64,000 nt of DNA from Octopus sinensis (Eukaryota): assembly GCF_006345805.1 (NCBI RefSeq), contig NC_042999.1, positions 46,376,001 through 46,440,000 of the forward strand. Direction: 5' to 3'. The notes under the pieces were generated by a model that saw nothing but the letters and a program-made list of their open reading frames with translations, did no database searches and was not told the origin of the DNA. Positions 49,329 to 64,000 of the stretch are shown piece by piece (position 1 is the stretch's first letter; every line of letters begins with the position of its first letter). The position numbers and the translations under genes are program-made.

Positions 49329-51142
49329 CCACTTTTGAGAAGTGGGCCACATGAGACATGAATCAGCACCAGGCGTGTCGCACTACAAAAACATAGGGCA
49401 TATGTTATCTTCTTCATGAAATTAGGCATTCCACCCAAGTTGCTCATGACTGGTCCTAGACAAACTCATTTAGAACGACAGCTTACTAAAGATGCTTTTC
49501 AGTTTGTAGAGAATGATTATCTTTTATAAAATAAAAAACAACAACAAAAACAAGCTGTTTGTTTTTGAAAGCACATTGGACTTCTTTAGTCGGTCAGTTC
49601 ATAAGGGATCCAAAGGGACAAATTGCCAGTTTTCCATTTTATAAAATAAGGGGCAACAACGTTATGTATGTTTTTGCAGTCATTAATATTTTGTAACACA
49701 GTAATTTCTATCGTGTTTTGTTTCAATTCATTTCTGTCATAGAAACAGCATATCGGTTTCTTTTTATCAATGTTAACGTTTAATGGTATTTTAAATCTTG
49801 TGCAAAAATTCAGCTTAAAGGATTATATCAGTATCAATTTTAAAGATAATTCCAATGCATTGCAACTTATGTTTTTTTTAAAACTTTTTGAGAAATATTC
49901 TTCTACCAGTTTTAATACTGCAAAATTTATATTATCTAAAATCTAACATTCGCTTTATAATTATTCCATAAGTTAAGTTTAATCATAGCAAGCAGTATGA
50001 TGAACCTAAACGTAGCAGTAACAATATTAAAAAAAAGCCTCTCGGCTTTTGAGTTAGAAATATGTAGTTACTTGAGGCACAATTTCTTCGCCAATCTGAT
50101 TCTCATTGGGAGAAGAAGATCTGATTGATGGTCAATAAGTTCATCTGATCATCTTAAAAGTTACATGGTAAATTATCAACATAAGATCTTACACATCCTA
50201 AAGAAAAAAAAGTAACTACCACGAAAAAATATCTTAAATATATCAAATCTTTGATCAGAAAATAAAATAAAACAGCTGCTTTATAAATATCGTTATCAAA
50301 GCTTCAGATTAGGAAAAGATGTAACGTGTTTCTAAATTTTAAAGCTGTTTCTTGTTGGTTTGCCCATGATATTATTTTCATAACTAACTTTATGTCAGTG
50401 AAGATAAATTTTCTCTCGTACTTAAATGAAAATGTCAATATGCTGAAGTAAAACGATAGCTATGCTTTGTATGAATTACTCTAGAGAAGAATGATGGATG
50501 ATACAAAAACTGTATTACCAGAAAAAGTGTTTGGAAAATTTTATCATAAACTTTTGCGTTATGAGCTCAAATCCCTCATTTGTCGATACAGTAAATACTT
50601 TACTCCTATCTTAAATACAGTGCCTTTTCAACAAAATAAGAAATTATTAGTTACTTGTCAGTTGGCTTATATTAACGGTTGGATTAAATCGAGCAGTGGT
50701 TCCCAAAGTGCCAAGTCTAAAAAATGTAGGAGTTATTAAACAGGTTGTTATAATCTAGGGTTTTTCGAAATCGGACGCTAGTTTTATTGCTTTTCTTTTG
50801 AAATTTCCCCTGTTGCGTTCAAATGTTGTATGACACGCTTTTGTTGTATTGGTATAGCTTATAAAGGGAAATGGGAAACATGACTATAATCAGCTTAAAC
50901 TTATTCTAGTGAGTAAGCCAAATAGTGTTGAGCATGTGGCAATGGTTGTGAATGGTTGTGAATTTATCACAGTATTAGAGTGACATAGACGTACTGGAGA
51001 TGATTAGGATGCTAATTACAACAAATGCTTTTCGGGTTTAGAGTTGTATTAAGCAGAATAAGACTGAATAAATTTGGGCATATATGATAGTTGCATTTGA
51101 ACAAAATGCAATTACATTTATTGTAGAATTATTACTAAAAAG

Positions 51143-51243
51143 ATTGAGTTCAGTGTTATTAAGTGTTATTGAGTGTTATTAAGTGTTATTAAGTGTTATT
51201 GAGTTCAGTGTTATTAAGTGTTATTGAGTTCAGTGTTATTAAG
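51143..51243. repeat. 10/15-bp tandem repeat (AGTGTTATT core)
   Basis: Direct inspection. Confidence 0.9.
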
Positions 51244-53478
51244 ATGAATTTTGGTTTATGGTAGATTTAATTAAGCAAAATGAGTTTGGCGTGAGAGTTG
51301 CATGAAAGCACATGACCTAGTCAAAACGAAATTGGATCATAAGGTTGCAGGTTTGATGCCTGGATCGAGCGACGCGTTGTGTCCTTGGGCAAGACGGTTC
51401 GTTTCACGTTGCCCCAGCTCGCTCAAACAAAACAATGTGTACCATTTTCAGAAGGAGATCTCTAACAGAATAAAGCTTAGCTGGTCAAAGGTGGACAGGC
51501 TGAGTGAGTGTTTATGTTTGCTCCTGGTTACATGGATACACAATACAATTAGCAGATGTATGGTATAGACACATACAAGCGATAGATATGGGTGTGGTAC
51601 GTGAATTATATTTTAATCGTGTTAGCAAAGGCAGCTTTGGGTTTATGAAGCAAGTTGGGGATGTGAAATAAACATAGAATATACGGCAAGAACGTACGCA
51701 GTTTTGTGACAAAGCCAGTCCAAATAAACGCTAATTATAATTATTGTTGTGATGTCTTGTATTGGCAGCACTACGTAGCTATTCAAATTCCTTATTAAAA
51801 CGTCTTGTGGCGGTAATGTAATTTGATAGAAATATATAAAAGAAATCTTCCCGAGAAAAGGAATAATGAGAAATATTGTAAAAAATGGGCGCCATATTCA
51901 GAAATAGTTATTCTATGCCATATTCAAAGGTTTTAAATCCAAGAAATCTAAATGTTATTGTTGAGATACTATTTTACAATTCTTTGAAACTTTCAAGACC
52001 AGCAAGATATGGCTCATGGCAGTTCGTATTCTCTTTTTACTCCACCACCTCCTCTCCTTTGCTCATTTTTATTGTTCTTTTTGTTATTATTACTATTGAA
52101 TGGTCATATGCCTATGTCAGATATTGTTATTATTATTATTATTATTGATTATTTTCACTTTGGAAACTGTGTGTGATCAAAGAGACAAAGCGCCTAACTA
52201 AAGCAAAAATGAATTTGCATCTTATTTTTTGTTCTATAATTCTGACTACATAACTAATTGAACGTCTCGGGATCGCAGCTGCAATGGATTTGTAAAGGTT
52301 AAACTTGGAACAATTAAAAAATTCATTGAAAACATGTCATGTTGTCTTAACAAAAATTGATATACAGAACCAAATGGAATTTCTCTTATAATTGTAAGTT
52401 CTTAATAAAAAATAAACAAAAAACAGCAAAAAAGTAACAAGCAAAACTATTATTTTGATATCCTTTAAGGAACCGAAACACGTTTTTTTTTTGTTTTATC
52501 GAAGTGATGTTACCATTTAATTCTGTTTAGTACATTTTGTTATGAAACTATTCAAATTATTTTTGTACTTGAATCTGTGAAATATAGCTAAAATCCTCAC
52601 ATGAATGTTAAAATCAATCTAAGTTTAAAATTCTCAAGGCATTTGAATAAAATATTTAAACTACGATCGCTTTTATTGACAAAAGCCTACACATTTGTAA
52701 AGACAGGGTTAAAAATCGATCATATAAGTTCCAATACGTGTTCACTCAGTACCTATTTTCATCGAACCAAGATTGATAGTATGCCGTTTAATGAATGGAA
52801 AATCAAACAATACAGATAGTCACAAGATTTTATGATCACAAGCTCAGTTTAACGAACAGTTTCACGAACGACCGATTTTAAGAAAAAAAAGTTTTAAAAC
52901 TATAAAGCCCAGGAACAAAATAACCATAAATATTGTTTTGAATATTTTGACAAGCTACAATACGTTATGTAGTTCCATAAATTTTTATAGTAATGTAAAA
53001 TCCTTTATGATATGCACTACCAAAAATGAAATTATCCCACTTTTATTCCATTTATTTCACTGCTTACATGATTCTCTTGCCTATGCTGAGCAGAAAATAA
53101 TCACATAATATTTGCATCACGTTTAAGTAATGACTCATAACCTACTGGGTTGTTGGAACAACCATGAATAATTCATAGTTATGAAGTAAATAAGAAAGAT
53201 AGATAGACTTCAGTAGTCTTCCCATGATTTCTGAAGCTACATAAAATGATTTGATTTCAGCGTTGCAAGTAACAGAAATGTTATTGTTTATAAAGCTTCA
53301 TACCGCTGCCTAGAGACGCCCAAGTCACCCGCTAATATTAAATATGGTTATATTAGAAACAATACACGTATACACACCTGCATTACAAGCACATACATAC
53401 ACAGACGTATATATACACACAGGCACACATCAATGCATAAATGCAAACATATTCATATATGTGTACACAGATCCCACC

Positions 53479-53541
<63 letters not shown>

Positions 53542-53559
53542 CATTTACATACATATATA

Positions 53560-53605
<46 letters not shown>

Positions 53606-53959
53606 TATATATACATACATAAATATATATGTATATATATATACACATACATAAATACATGCATACATATATATACTCACATATATATACTAGTATACAG
53701 TAAGATGTGTCAGAGCTCCACGTAGACTATCATTATTCATTCAGTTTCCAGTATAATGGTTTGTCGACCACTGCAATTAGCAGTGTTACTAGTTATGATA
53801 TACAGAGCATATGTAGTGGAAGATTAAAATATAAACCATTATAAATATTTAGTTCCTCCGTACGTACCATTGCAGTTATTTGGATCTTAGCTTATGCAAT
53901 AATGTCATCTCTTGGTGATCCATTGCGGTTAGACATCCAAACAGATTTGGAGCATCTAT

Positions 53960-54360
53960 TTAAATATATATTCTTTTATTCTCTTGTTTCAGTCATTTTA
54001 CTGCAGCCATGCTTGGGCACCGCCTTGACACCAGGACTTATTTCTTTAGCTTAATACATTTTCTATCGGTTTCTTTTGACGAACCGAACCGCTAGGTTAC
54101 GGGCACGTAAACACATCAACAATGGTTGTCAAAGTGGTGATGGTGGGGAACAAACACAGACACAAAACACACACATAGATACACACACACGTACACGCAC
54201 ACATATATACAACGGAATTCTTTCAGTTTCTGTTTACCAAATCCACCCATGAGGATTTGGTCAGCCCGAGTGTATAGTAGAAGACACTTGCTCAAGGTAC
54301 CACGCAGTGGGACTGAACCTCTAGCTATGTGGTTGGAATGCAAGCTTCTTACCAAATAGA
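53960..54360 (-). mobile_element. Diverged SINE family A
   Basis: Family match. Confidence 0.8.
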
Positions 54361-54372
54361 TACACCCGTGCT

Positions 54373-54440
<68 letters not shown>

Positions 54441-56142
54441 ATGCATGTATATATATGTATGTATATGTATATATGTATGTATGTATATTTATGTATATAT
54501 ATGTATGTATGTATATTTATGTATATATATGTATGTATATGTATATATGTGTACATATACATATACATATATATATACATAAATATACATACATACATAG
54601 ATATACATGCATACACACACATACACATACATATATATATATATATGTGTGTATGTGTGTGTATGCATGTATATCTATGTATGTATATACACACACATAC
54701 ACACACATATATATATATGTGTGTGTATGTGTGTGTATGCATGTATATCTATGTATGTATATTTATGTATATATATATGTATATGTATATATGTATGTAT
54801 ATGTATATATGTGTACGTATATATTTGTATTATATAGTTATATACCTCCATATATATGCACGCTCATATACATACACTCACATACGTACACGTGTTAAAG
54901 GCGGTATATGCGGTGTATTCGCATACACAGCGTTTGATAAAATGCCGTGCTGTTTCTGATGGTTTCCTGTGCTCTCATTCCAAATACCTAATCAGCTCAG
55001 CTTTGCTTTCCATCCTTTCAGCGAAGATAAAAATATCATAAACCACGACTTGCAGAACTGTGAGAACGTCGTGTCGGATGTATTGTGATATATGTTTCAG
55101 TTCTTTGCGTTCTGAGTTCAAATCCCACTATGGCCTACTTGGGTGGTAAATTTCATCTGTCGCTTGGCTGAACCCTTGCCCTGTATAACACCTTAAGCAA
55201 CAGTAATTGACTCTGTTCTGTTGTAAATATTCAGGTTAGGTTTTTCAGTGTGAAGTATCTTTTTTCCTTTGCCCTTGTATTTTGTTTTTCATGAGTCCTA
55301 CGATCGAGAAGGCAAGGAATTACTAACATTACACAACCCTTAACCCCTGAATGGGACATCGATTCGTCGCAGATTTATCTTCCCAGCTAGTGTTGGAATT
55401 CGAATACAGCTGAGGTGACTGGTGCGAGCTGAAATGAATAGTTTTGGTCGAGAATACAACGCATCACCCAATTAGGTGGGATCGAAACCACGATACTACA
55501 GTCATGAGTGTAACACCATGACCACGTGACATAAAGCCAGCAGTTCCAGGAGAGGGAATGAGTGACCTTGGTGGAATTTGAATTTAAAATGTAAAGACGG
55601 ACGAAAAGTTGTTAAACATTTTGCCCGACGCGCTAAAATGTCTATTACCTTACTTTCCACTAATGTTAATTTCAAATTTTGGCACAAGGCCAGCAATTCT
55701 AGGAGATGGAGTGAGTCGATTACATTGACCCTAGTAATCAATTAGTACTTATTTTATCAATCCTGGAATGGTCAAAGGCAAAGTAGACCTCGGCGGAATT
55801 TGGAATCAATATGTAATGTCGGACGAGATGCCGTTAAGCATTTAGCTTGGTGTGCTAACGATTCTGCCAGCTCATCACCATATTTCCTACTAACATTGAA
55901 GAACCTATAAATTGTCATTGGTTCTGACTTCTTACTCTGTATTAAAAGATAAAAAGCATCATTAACTTTTTAAAATGATTAGAAACAGCATTAGGATCTT
56001 GTTTTATTCTTTCTACAACTGGCAAAAGAGTCTGAAATTGTGAGGAAGTGAGCTAGTCAATAACTGTGCTCAACCGGTACTTATTTCACTTACCCCGAAT
56101 AGATGAGAGGTATCAACGACCTCACCGAAAAATTGTACCGTA

Positions 56143-56271
56143 TTCTTCTTCTTCTTCTTCTTCTTCTTCTTCTTCTTCTTCTTCTTCTTCTTCTTCTTCT
56201 TCTTCTTCTTCTTCTTCTTCTTCTTCTTCTTCTTCTTCTTCTTCTTCTTCTTCTTCTTCTTCTTCTTCTTC
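56143..56271. repeat. (CTT)n microsatellite
   Basis: Direct inspection. Confidence 0.97.
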
Positions 56272-56569
56272 CAATCAGGACTCACGCCATTAGCCACAAA
56301 GAATAATCTCTAATTCGAGCCTACTCTAAGCTACTAAAAATGCGTGTGGCATTTTGAAGATCCGCCCACCACACGCGATAGACTGGCGGTTGCACGGGCG
56401 CGGAAGCTACGTTGTTATCCTCAATCCGTAAACCGTGGCTTTTAACGGGTGGAGAGCTGGACCATCCTTGAGTACAGAGGATTCGCAATCTATACTAGGG
56501 TCTGAAAGTTTACCACACCATAGTGGGTTACACCATGGTTCCTCTGCTTTGTGGCAGAAGTATGAAGAA

Positions 56570-56745
56570 AGAATGTGAGAAAGTTGTGGTGAAAGAGTAC
56601 AGCTGGGTTCACTACACCTCCCCGCCGGAGCCTCGTGGAGCTAAGGTGTTTTTGCTCAATAAACACTCACAATGCCCGGTCTGGGAATCGAAACCGCGTT
56701 CTTACGAGCGCGAGTCCGCTGCCCTAACCACTGGGCCATTGGGCA
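56570..56745 (-). mobile_element. SINE family B (head and body)
   Basis: Family match. Confidence 0.85.
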
Positions 56746-57349
56746 TCCACTGTTGTTGTTGTTGTTGTTTAGACCTAGGTTGGCCCTGCCCAATGAAAGC
56801 TGTGGTATAACACATCCTACTAATGGTCATAGCAATATAATTTTGTATACCTATAACTGCATTGTTTAACGTTTCTCAAAGACATCAGGGGGTTATTAGC
56901 TTTCAGGGAAAGTTGAACATTTTCTGAATTGCATGGTATAAAAGTATTTTGGAGCAGTCAAAATAGCAACAACGATGTAAAACTTATTTATGTTATGATA
57001 ATCCTTGATTCAATAATTGTGGTTTGGAGAAGTTAAGCCACACTGATAAACTTTACATTTAATTTGTTGATGTGCATCTGCGGCTTGTGTCCCATTAGAC
57101 TCTCTTTTCTCTGCAGTGCATCAATAAAATTCTGACAAAATTAAAATTGGATATACACTTCCATATATATGTAGGCATATAAATTTCGAGTGCTGATATA
57201 TGAAGAACAAGACAAATATATATATGCATCACACGAATACATACGCAAATAAGTACTTGTATGTATTTGTAGACGCACGTAACGTCAATGCTTTTATATA
57301 CATATAACCCAGCCACAGATATGTATATGTGTGTATATATATATGTGTG

Positions 57350-57380
<31 letters not shown>

Positions 57381-57491
57381 ATCGATTTATGTATGTATAT
57401 ATATATATATGTAACTATACACATGCACAGACACACACAACCCAGTACACACATGCACATACATATATATATACATATATAGATACACACA

Positions 57492-57556
<65 letters not shown>

Positions 57557-57890
57557 AATTTATGTATAGAGTAGAGAGTTAAGGGTAGGGCAAGATATAT
57601 GAGTAACAGAGAAAGTTGTTCCGATGAAATTCACAACATGCGTACATAGATACAGACACACCCACTCACCCACTTGAATGTGTATACACATATGTATATA
57701 TATGTACATATACACATATATATGCACACAATATATATATATATATATATATCTAATTATGTGTATGTGTATATATTTATATTTGAAAAGATGTGACACA
57801 TACATATACATGTGCAGATATGTATAGATATATAAATTTCTCACTATATGCAAACATGTATCAATATATATGGACTTGCATGTATGCTTT

Positions 57891-57941
<51 letters not shown>

Positions 57942-58267
57942 CCTATTCATACTTTTAACTCTCTCAAGAATACCCAATCATAGAATGTTGTTTACTCGAA
58001 AAAAAGTCTTAGAATAATAAATTATTTTCAATTACATTAATACAATTGAAAACAACAAAGCATTCTGAATACAAACTGTCTTTCACCTTCCGAATACATT
58101 GCTACAGAAAGCTGAGATATTGGGCACCAGCAATATATATATATATTATATAAATATATGTATATATCTATATATATACATTCTTATACCTTATACATGT
58201 ACATATGCATGCATATATGTACATGCGACTGCATAATCAATATCCATTTAAATGCATATAAGATCAT

Positions 58268-58408
<141 letters not shown>

Positions 58409-58544
58409 TAGATATGTACATATATTCGCATACAGGTATCTATGCGTATGTACAGATATTTACATACAGACATATATAAATAAATCGCGTGTGTGTTGTT
58501 GGCGATTTTCTTTCTCTGTCTTCCCTTCTTTGGATTTTTTCTAT

Positions 58545-58579
58545 AATTCTGATGAAGAGCTCCACTCGAAACGTGAAAT
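58545..58579 (+). ncRNA. Minimal hammerhead-like motif, probably inactive (GUG triplet)
   Basis: CUGAUGA-A-GAG(CUCCA)CUC-GAAAC-GU-G; palindromic ACGU stem III; weak stem I. Confidence 0.5.
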
Positions 58580-58674
58580 CCTCTTTTCTTTCCTTTCCTG
58601 AGCGTCCAATAGCACTGTACTTATTCCACGTCCTCGCGTTGTCGTTTTATCTTGCTTGCTCATGTTTGGATTGA

Positions 58675-58751
<77 letters not shown>

Positions 58752-58769
58752 CAGTGTTTAGAACGAAGG

Positions 58770-59290
58770 TGTGTAGCCTATGATCGTCGCATTGATCTTG
58801 ATAGAGAGAGGTGAGCAGAGAATCGGAATCAGATTTTGCCAAAAGCTTGGCGACATCTGCTCAGAGGCCTACGCAAACTTTTCGAAAAGTTCTGGAGACA
58901 ATCAAGGAGATCGTTTGCAACTGAAACCTGAGTAGCTTTTTGGTCAGCTTAAAGCAGTTTTGACACAAACTTGGCAGAGACGTGTCTCATACCCATATCT
59001 TCAGTAATAATGAACTGAAGCGTAACTAATCTGCACATTCTTTGATAACTCACGGATGGTAATTCGAGGATTTCCCCTCACAGCTGTACGCAGACCTGCG
59101 ATGTGTTTCTCAGATCAGCTGGTTGCGGGTCTCTCAGAGTTCGATAAAATCGACATTTTTTCGGCCATTTTGGAAACGTTTGATCCACGTACACTTGTGT
59201 GTGGCTCATAAACGCCTCTCCATACACTTTCTGTAACTTTGCGTAAGCCCCTGAGTAGGTATTGCCATGACGACTTTCTCTGCCATGGTC
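58770..59290 (-). mobile_element. Mariner-like transposase N-terminal remnant
   Basis: AYAKLQKVYGEAFMSHTQVY and RITIRELS...EDMGMRHVSAKFVSKLL motifs with frameshifts. Confidence 0.75.
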
Positions 59291-59528
59291 AATGCGGTGA
59301 TCACACGCTACACACCTTCCTTCCAAGCACTGATGCAAACATCGGAAGTGAGCGACAACGTTAAAACTCAGTGCGCATGCATAGCAATGTTCAGTATCAA
59401 TCTGTGCCATGTTTACTCTGCATGCTTTAGCTTCGTTACTAAGGCATCATTCCGAATATATGTGTGTATGCGTGTGTGTGTGCGCGCATATTTTATGTGC
59501 ATATATATATGTGTATATAAACATGTGT

Positions 59529-59565
<37 letters not shown>

Positions 59566-60927
59566 TTACTTGGAAAAGGATGCGTGGCGTTCGATCATAT
59601 AATAATATAAATAATATATAAATATATGCATATATACATACATATATGTACATACCTACATCTATATGTATATATACATGCATATATGGGTACAGGACAT
59701 CCAAAAAAAAAACGTTGAACACAATGAGAAACGAAAACATAAAAACAAAAACATGGAAACAAACTTTATTTCAAACAACGAAAAAACCGAGTACAAGACA
59801 TAAAACACATACACACACGCACGCACACACACACACATGCACACACACACACACACGCGCGCACACTCACACACACACACACACACACACACATATCCCC
59901 CACACGCATCAAAACGCATGTATAAAATTTGTAAAATCCAAATTATTCAGGTGTGAATGGAAATGAGATAGTGTATTCAGCTCTGTATTAGCTACCCTGT
60001 GCTTTACAAAGTTGGGCTGTGTCGTCCTAATATCATATTTTTTTTAAAGGAAAACTTAGATTCATTTAAAGAAATACTCTTCTCATATTACTCTTGTCCT
60101 GGTTTAATCGTATTCATGAATGCTTTAGGTCAGTGGATGAAAGAATTAATAGAATCAGAAAAAAATGAAGTAGTTTGTTATGAAGTGTTACATTTAGATG
60201 CAGTTTTCCAAGGATAGGAAAAACTAATAACAATCCAGTAATTCTATTGTGTTGAAGCTATAAATCAAAATTGATTTCCCGCATTGGCTGAACGCTACAC
60301 AGAGAGACCCAGTTCTGGAGTGATATTTCCTTTGTTCAACCATGGAATCATGGAAATCATCGTTTACCGCTGCGGTATAGTTTTCAATTTAGACAGCTGG
60401 AAAGAGTAGCGCTCAAAGCCCTTTACAGTCTCTCTGAGATTGGTAGGAGGAGAGAAGAAAGACATACACAAGTCAGGAAGCTGGTCCAAATATTTGTAGT
60501 AAAATAGATTCATCTAAACTCCTTCATGAGTCAGATCATTGGTGTTAAACCTGGCGATAAAAAAAGACCATAGCGTGATTTGAATTCAGAGTTAAAGAGG
60601 CCGTAAATCCCACAACACATTCTTTCACTGCCCTAAAAATTTCACCAGTCCATCGACTCTTCAATTTTCAAAACCGGAAGACAAAATAAACCTTTGCGAT
60701 ATTTGAACTCAGGTTGCATGTTGCTAGAATAAATATTACAAAGCATTGTATTTTGTCTAACTCTACCAATTCGCTTCTAAAAGCCCAAAAGAGAAATACT
60801 ACAATCAACAAGCATCGACATAATCAGTATAAAAAATCTTAACACAACATTGCTTCCATCCACTAACTCTTCATCCCATGCCTCTACCGTAATAAAATAT
60901 TCACAAGATGCTAATATATTATTTCAG

Positions 60928-61090
60928 ACCTTTCAAAGACCCTCAACTTCATGTACAGTTAAACCAGATTCTAGCACTTCTCTTCTATGGTTTGGCACCG
61001 ATTCTTCATGGAAAATCAACTATTACTATGACTTCAATTACAAATGGTTGCTTTGAAGCTCGTTGGCTGTTCTTAGAAGAAGAAATAAAG
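60928..61090 (+). CDS. INTU: Inturned exon: PFKDPQLHVQLNQILALLFYGL...GCFEARWLFLEEEIK
   Basis: attatttcAG acceptor and AAG|GTTGGT donor; phase 2 start continues the frame; RWLFLEEEIK matches recalled INTU RWLTLPLEIK. Confidence 0.88.
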
Positions 61091-64000
61091 GTTGGTAGCA
61101 GTAATTCTTTATATATTTCGTATATATACTGTAGTGATATCAACACGTGAATATAAAGGAAAAAAAAAAAAAAAAAAACCTTCAATACTTCAATAAAGTG
61201 AATATATTTACGTACAATTAAAAGTTTCAAGCTTAGCGATGACTGATGGAACACAAATATATTGCAATAAACAATGACAACCAACCTGAAGAGTCGCTAT
61301 TGCAGATTAGTATTGTAGTGATGAAAATACCAGACATTACTACTCCTGGAACCTGTACGTACATAAAACAGGTTCCAGGTGTTGTGATGCTTCCTGTTCA
61401 CAGTACGTAAACAGTTGCGTGCACGTGCACTACACGAACACTTTCAATTTTGTATTTCATTACGATCTAATACTATTTTCAGACTTGTCTGAAAACTGGA
61501 GGTAATTAAACTTTTGCCGATTCCCGTTTGTCCATATGGTCTTGTGCTTACCTTAAAATTTTCGTGTATTAAGTTGGTGAGAAACAATTCGTGGGATGAG
61601 GAGTATATTCGAAACATATTGCATTCAGCACCCATTGCTAGTAAAACCAACAATAAACCTGGAACCTGTTTTGGGAGGCCTAGGTTGGGAGCATAAATGA
61701 TGCGTGTCCCAGGACCTCGAGGCGGGCACAAGAAAGAATATCCGTTAGCGATTGGGAGAATAATGTAATGGCAGTTGCTTCTGATAGGGACATATGAATT
61801 AAGTGTCTGGGGGATCTAATCTCATGATTTTCCAATGGAGAGCAGACGGAGAAGTTGGATGGAGAAACACTATAGATAAGATTCTGTTCTTCCGTAGATA
61901 AGGGATTTTTTTGCGGTGAAAATTGAACTCAACACTACATATTAAATAGGCCAAACGAATAGGCTGACTCGTCAAATCCCTAGTAATATTATTAATACCA
62001 TGCAGTACTTATTTACAGTTGAGCAGACAGGACTATTTCAATGTTGTATCGTGACCATTTCAATGTTATATCGTATTAACTATTGATCGCTCGGACGTTT
62101 CCTTGCTATTGTTTGCATTCGAACAACTACACTTTATTTCGGATATTTTTTAACCAAAAAAAAAAAATATTGTTTCGTTTCAGTTGATGTTTGATGAAAT
62201 ACTTAGTAGCTTCGAATCTGGAGATTTTGTTTCTCAAGTAAGTAGCATATTGATTGATTTTGACTTGTCGAAATGATTTCAGATTCACAGGGATTGGGAA
62301 AATAGAAATTATGTTTTTATGAATTTTCAGCAATAAAAATAAAACAGTAAAATGTTCTGAATTTATACTTCTTGAACAAATCTAAACATAGGAACTTGTT
62401 TTGATGATCATATATTTTAGTCTCACTTTGTTTTCCAAAATAGAAACCTTGCAAACTGTTTGTAGATTCTGTACTAAGCAATATAAACAATATTCCAGTT
62501 TATTTTCTCTCTTCTTTAGAAGTTTATTAACTGATTTTCTGGCGGCTGTAATCTGTAATCAACGTAACATAGGCCCACAAATTACTCATCCTAATAATGT
62601 TTCCTAATTCGGAAATATTACCTATAGAATAACCCATTAAAGTATATCAAAAGATAAATATTTATTCATCTTAAATTCGACGCCTCTGTCTATCTAGTGA
62701 GACCGTGGATCGACATCTGAAGGTTTCCTATAGAAGGTGCAGATCTTGGCAAAATTCTAATGAAAAACTATTAGATGCCTCTGGATTAAAGTATCCTCTT
62801 TCTACGCCGCAGTTGTCGCACAAGGGATTGGCGAAGTTCGGTATAGCCTGGCAGCAGCGTTGTCGTTAGAGTTATTATCAAAACGTAAAGAGCCAGAACA
62901 GTTACCGCATCAGACCGATGCACTAGCAAATTTGACAGTTTTTCAGCCACTAGAGTAGTATTGTATTTATCAACCCCGAAGAAAATGAAACGCAAATTTG
63001 ACCGCGATGGTACTTGAAGTAAGTGTATAAAATCCGGACTACGACAATGCATTCTTTCCTATGCTTTAACAATTCAAACTTCTCACTAAATACTTGTTTG
63101 ATAAATAAAGGAGTAGATTGGTGGAATTGTTAGGATTTCAGATGTAATGCTTTTCCTTTTGCGTCGTCCCCGCTCTGTGAGTTCTGAATTCAAATACTAC
63201 CGAAGTCTACTTGGCCTTTAAGTCTTATAAAGTCCAAATCAATTACTGCTGTCGATTTTTCTTCTATTCTCACTCACTTTCCCCTCCCCCCCTCTCTCGC
63301 TCTTTCTTTCATACACACTCTTTCCCGCTGAAAGAAATTGGAGGTGATCAGATTAGAATAATGTGCCGAACTAGGTTTAAATAGTCAAATACGATGTCAT
63401 GACCACATGCTTCCCTACGCCTCCATCAGAATTTACCGAGGACCATCACTTTACCTTTGTGATAAACTGAATTAATTGCATAATTTTGGATTCCCAGGTG
63501 TACTCATCAGCTGTTAATGAACCTTATTGACTTCACGTAGTATAAAAATGGAATTCTGGCCTTCATGCCTTTCCAAAAGAATGACACTGACTAAATGAAA
63601 TAAGTAATAACTGCGATTACACCAATAATATGTTGATGAATAATTAGTCATATATTTATATACTCATAAAAACATTTTCGTTGTTTTTCTTTGTTATCTT
63701 CTCACACATTTACAACGTAAATTGAGACATAGGCAAGATTGAAATTAATTTATATGCGTCTAGTATTTTAGCATATATTTAAGGCAATTCAGCCTAGTGC
63801 AGTGGTCATCTCTTAAGTGTTACTTTTGTTGTATTTAGAACAGTTCTAAATGTTCTAAGAAATGTAGCTTTTCGGGAGAGTGACAATATCAAAATAAAGT
63901 CTTACAAGCTTATTCTCCCCTCTCTCCCCACTCTCTCTATTCCTTCTCTTTCAAAATATTTACTCGTCCACATAATATGACGATTTCAACACTAATGTCT

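Noticed and set aside
50491-50739. 82-aa ORF
   Set aside because: No homology recognised, and phase and splice sites do not fit INTU

Overview
Repeat-dense, AT-rich metazoan DNA, most likely a coleoid cephalopod such as Octopus (inferred from the tRNA/CORE-type SINE families and (TA)n/(TATG)n density). The only host gene I can support is INTU (inturned), on the + strand. Six exons (4895-4980, 9822-10028, 14683-14792, 21617-21706, 36238-36315, 60928-61090) have GT-AG boundaries and compatible phases and splice into one open frame; the gene continues beyond both window ends. The introns hold at least three SINE families, CR1-like and RTE LINE fragments, three mariner remnants, a Gypsy pol remnant, a non-autonomous Helitron, a foldback element with a telomeric core, and a Neptune-type Penelope-like element (PLE). 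The main discovery is a non-coding ~565-nt tandem unit carrying a complete type I hammerhead ribozyme (28811-30207). It is arranged as a 619-bp near-perfect palindrome inserted in (TA)n, about 0.9 kb from the PLE, and a diverged relative at 670-1035 has the same termini and the same fold-back architecture. This looks like a cephalopod non-LTR retrozyme or pLTR-derived family mobilised by PLE machinery. Two further hammerhead-like motifs, a sharp CpG-decay boundary and a LINE/SINE shared tail are also reported. All alignments, folds and difference counts were made by eye, protein homologies are from recalled family motifs, and SINE/LINE boundaries are approximate.
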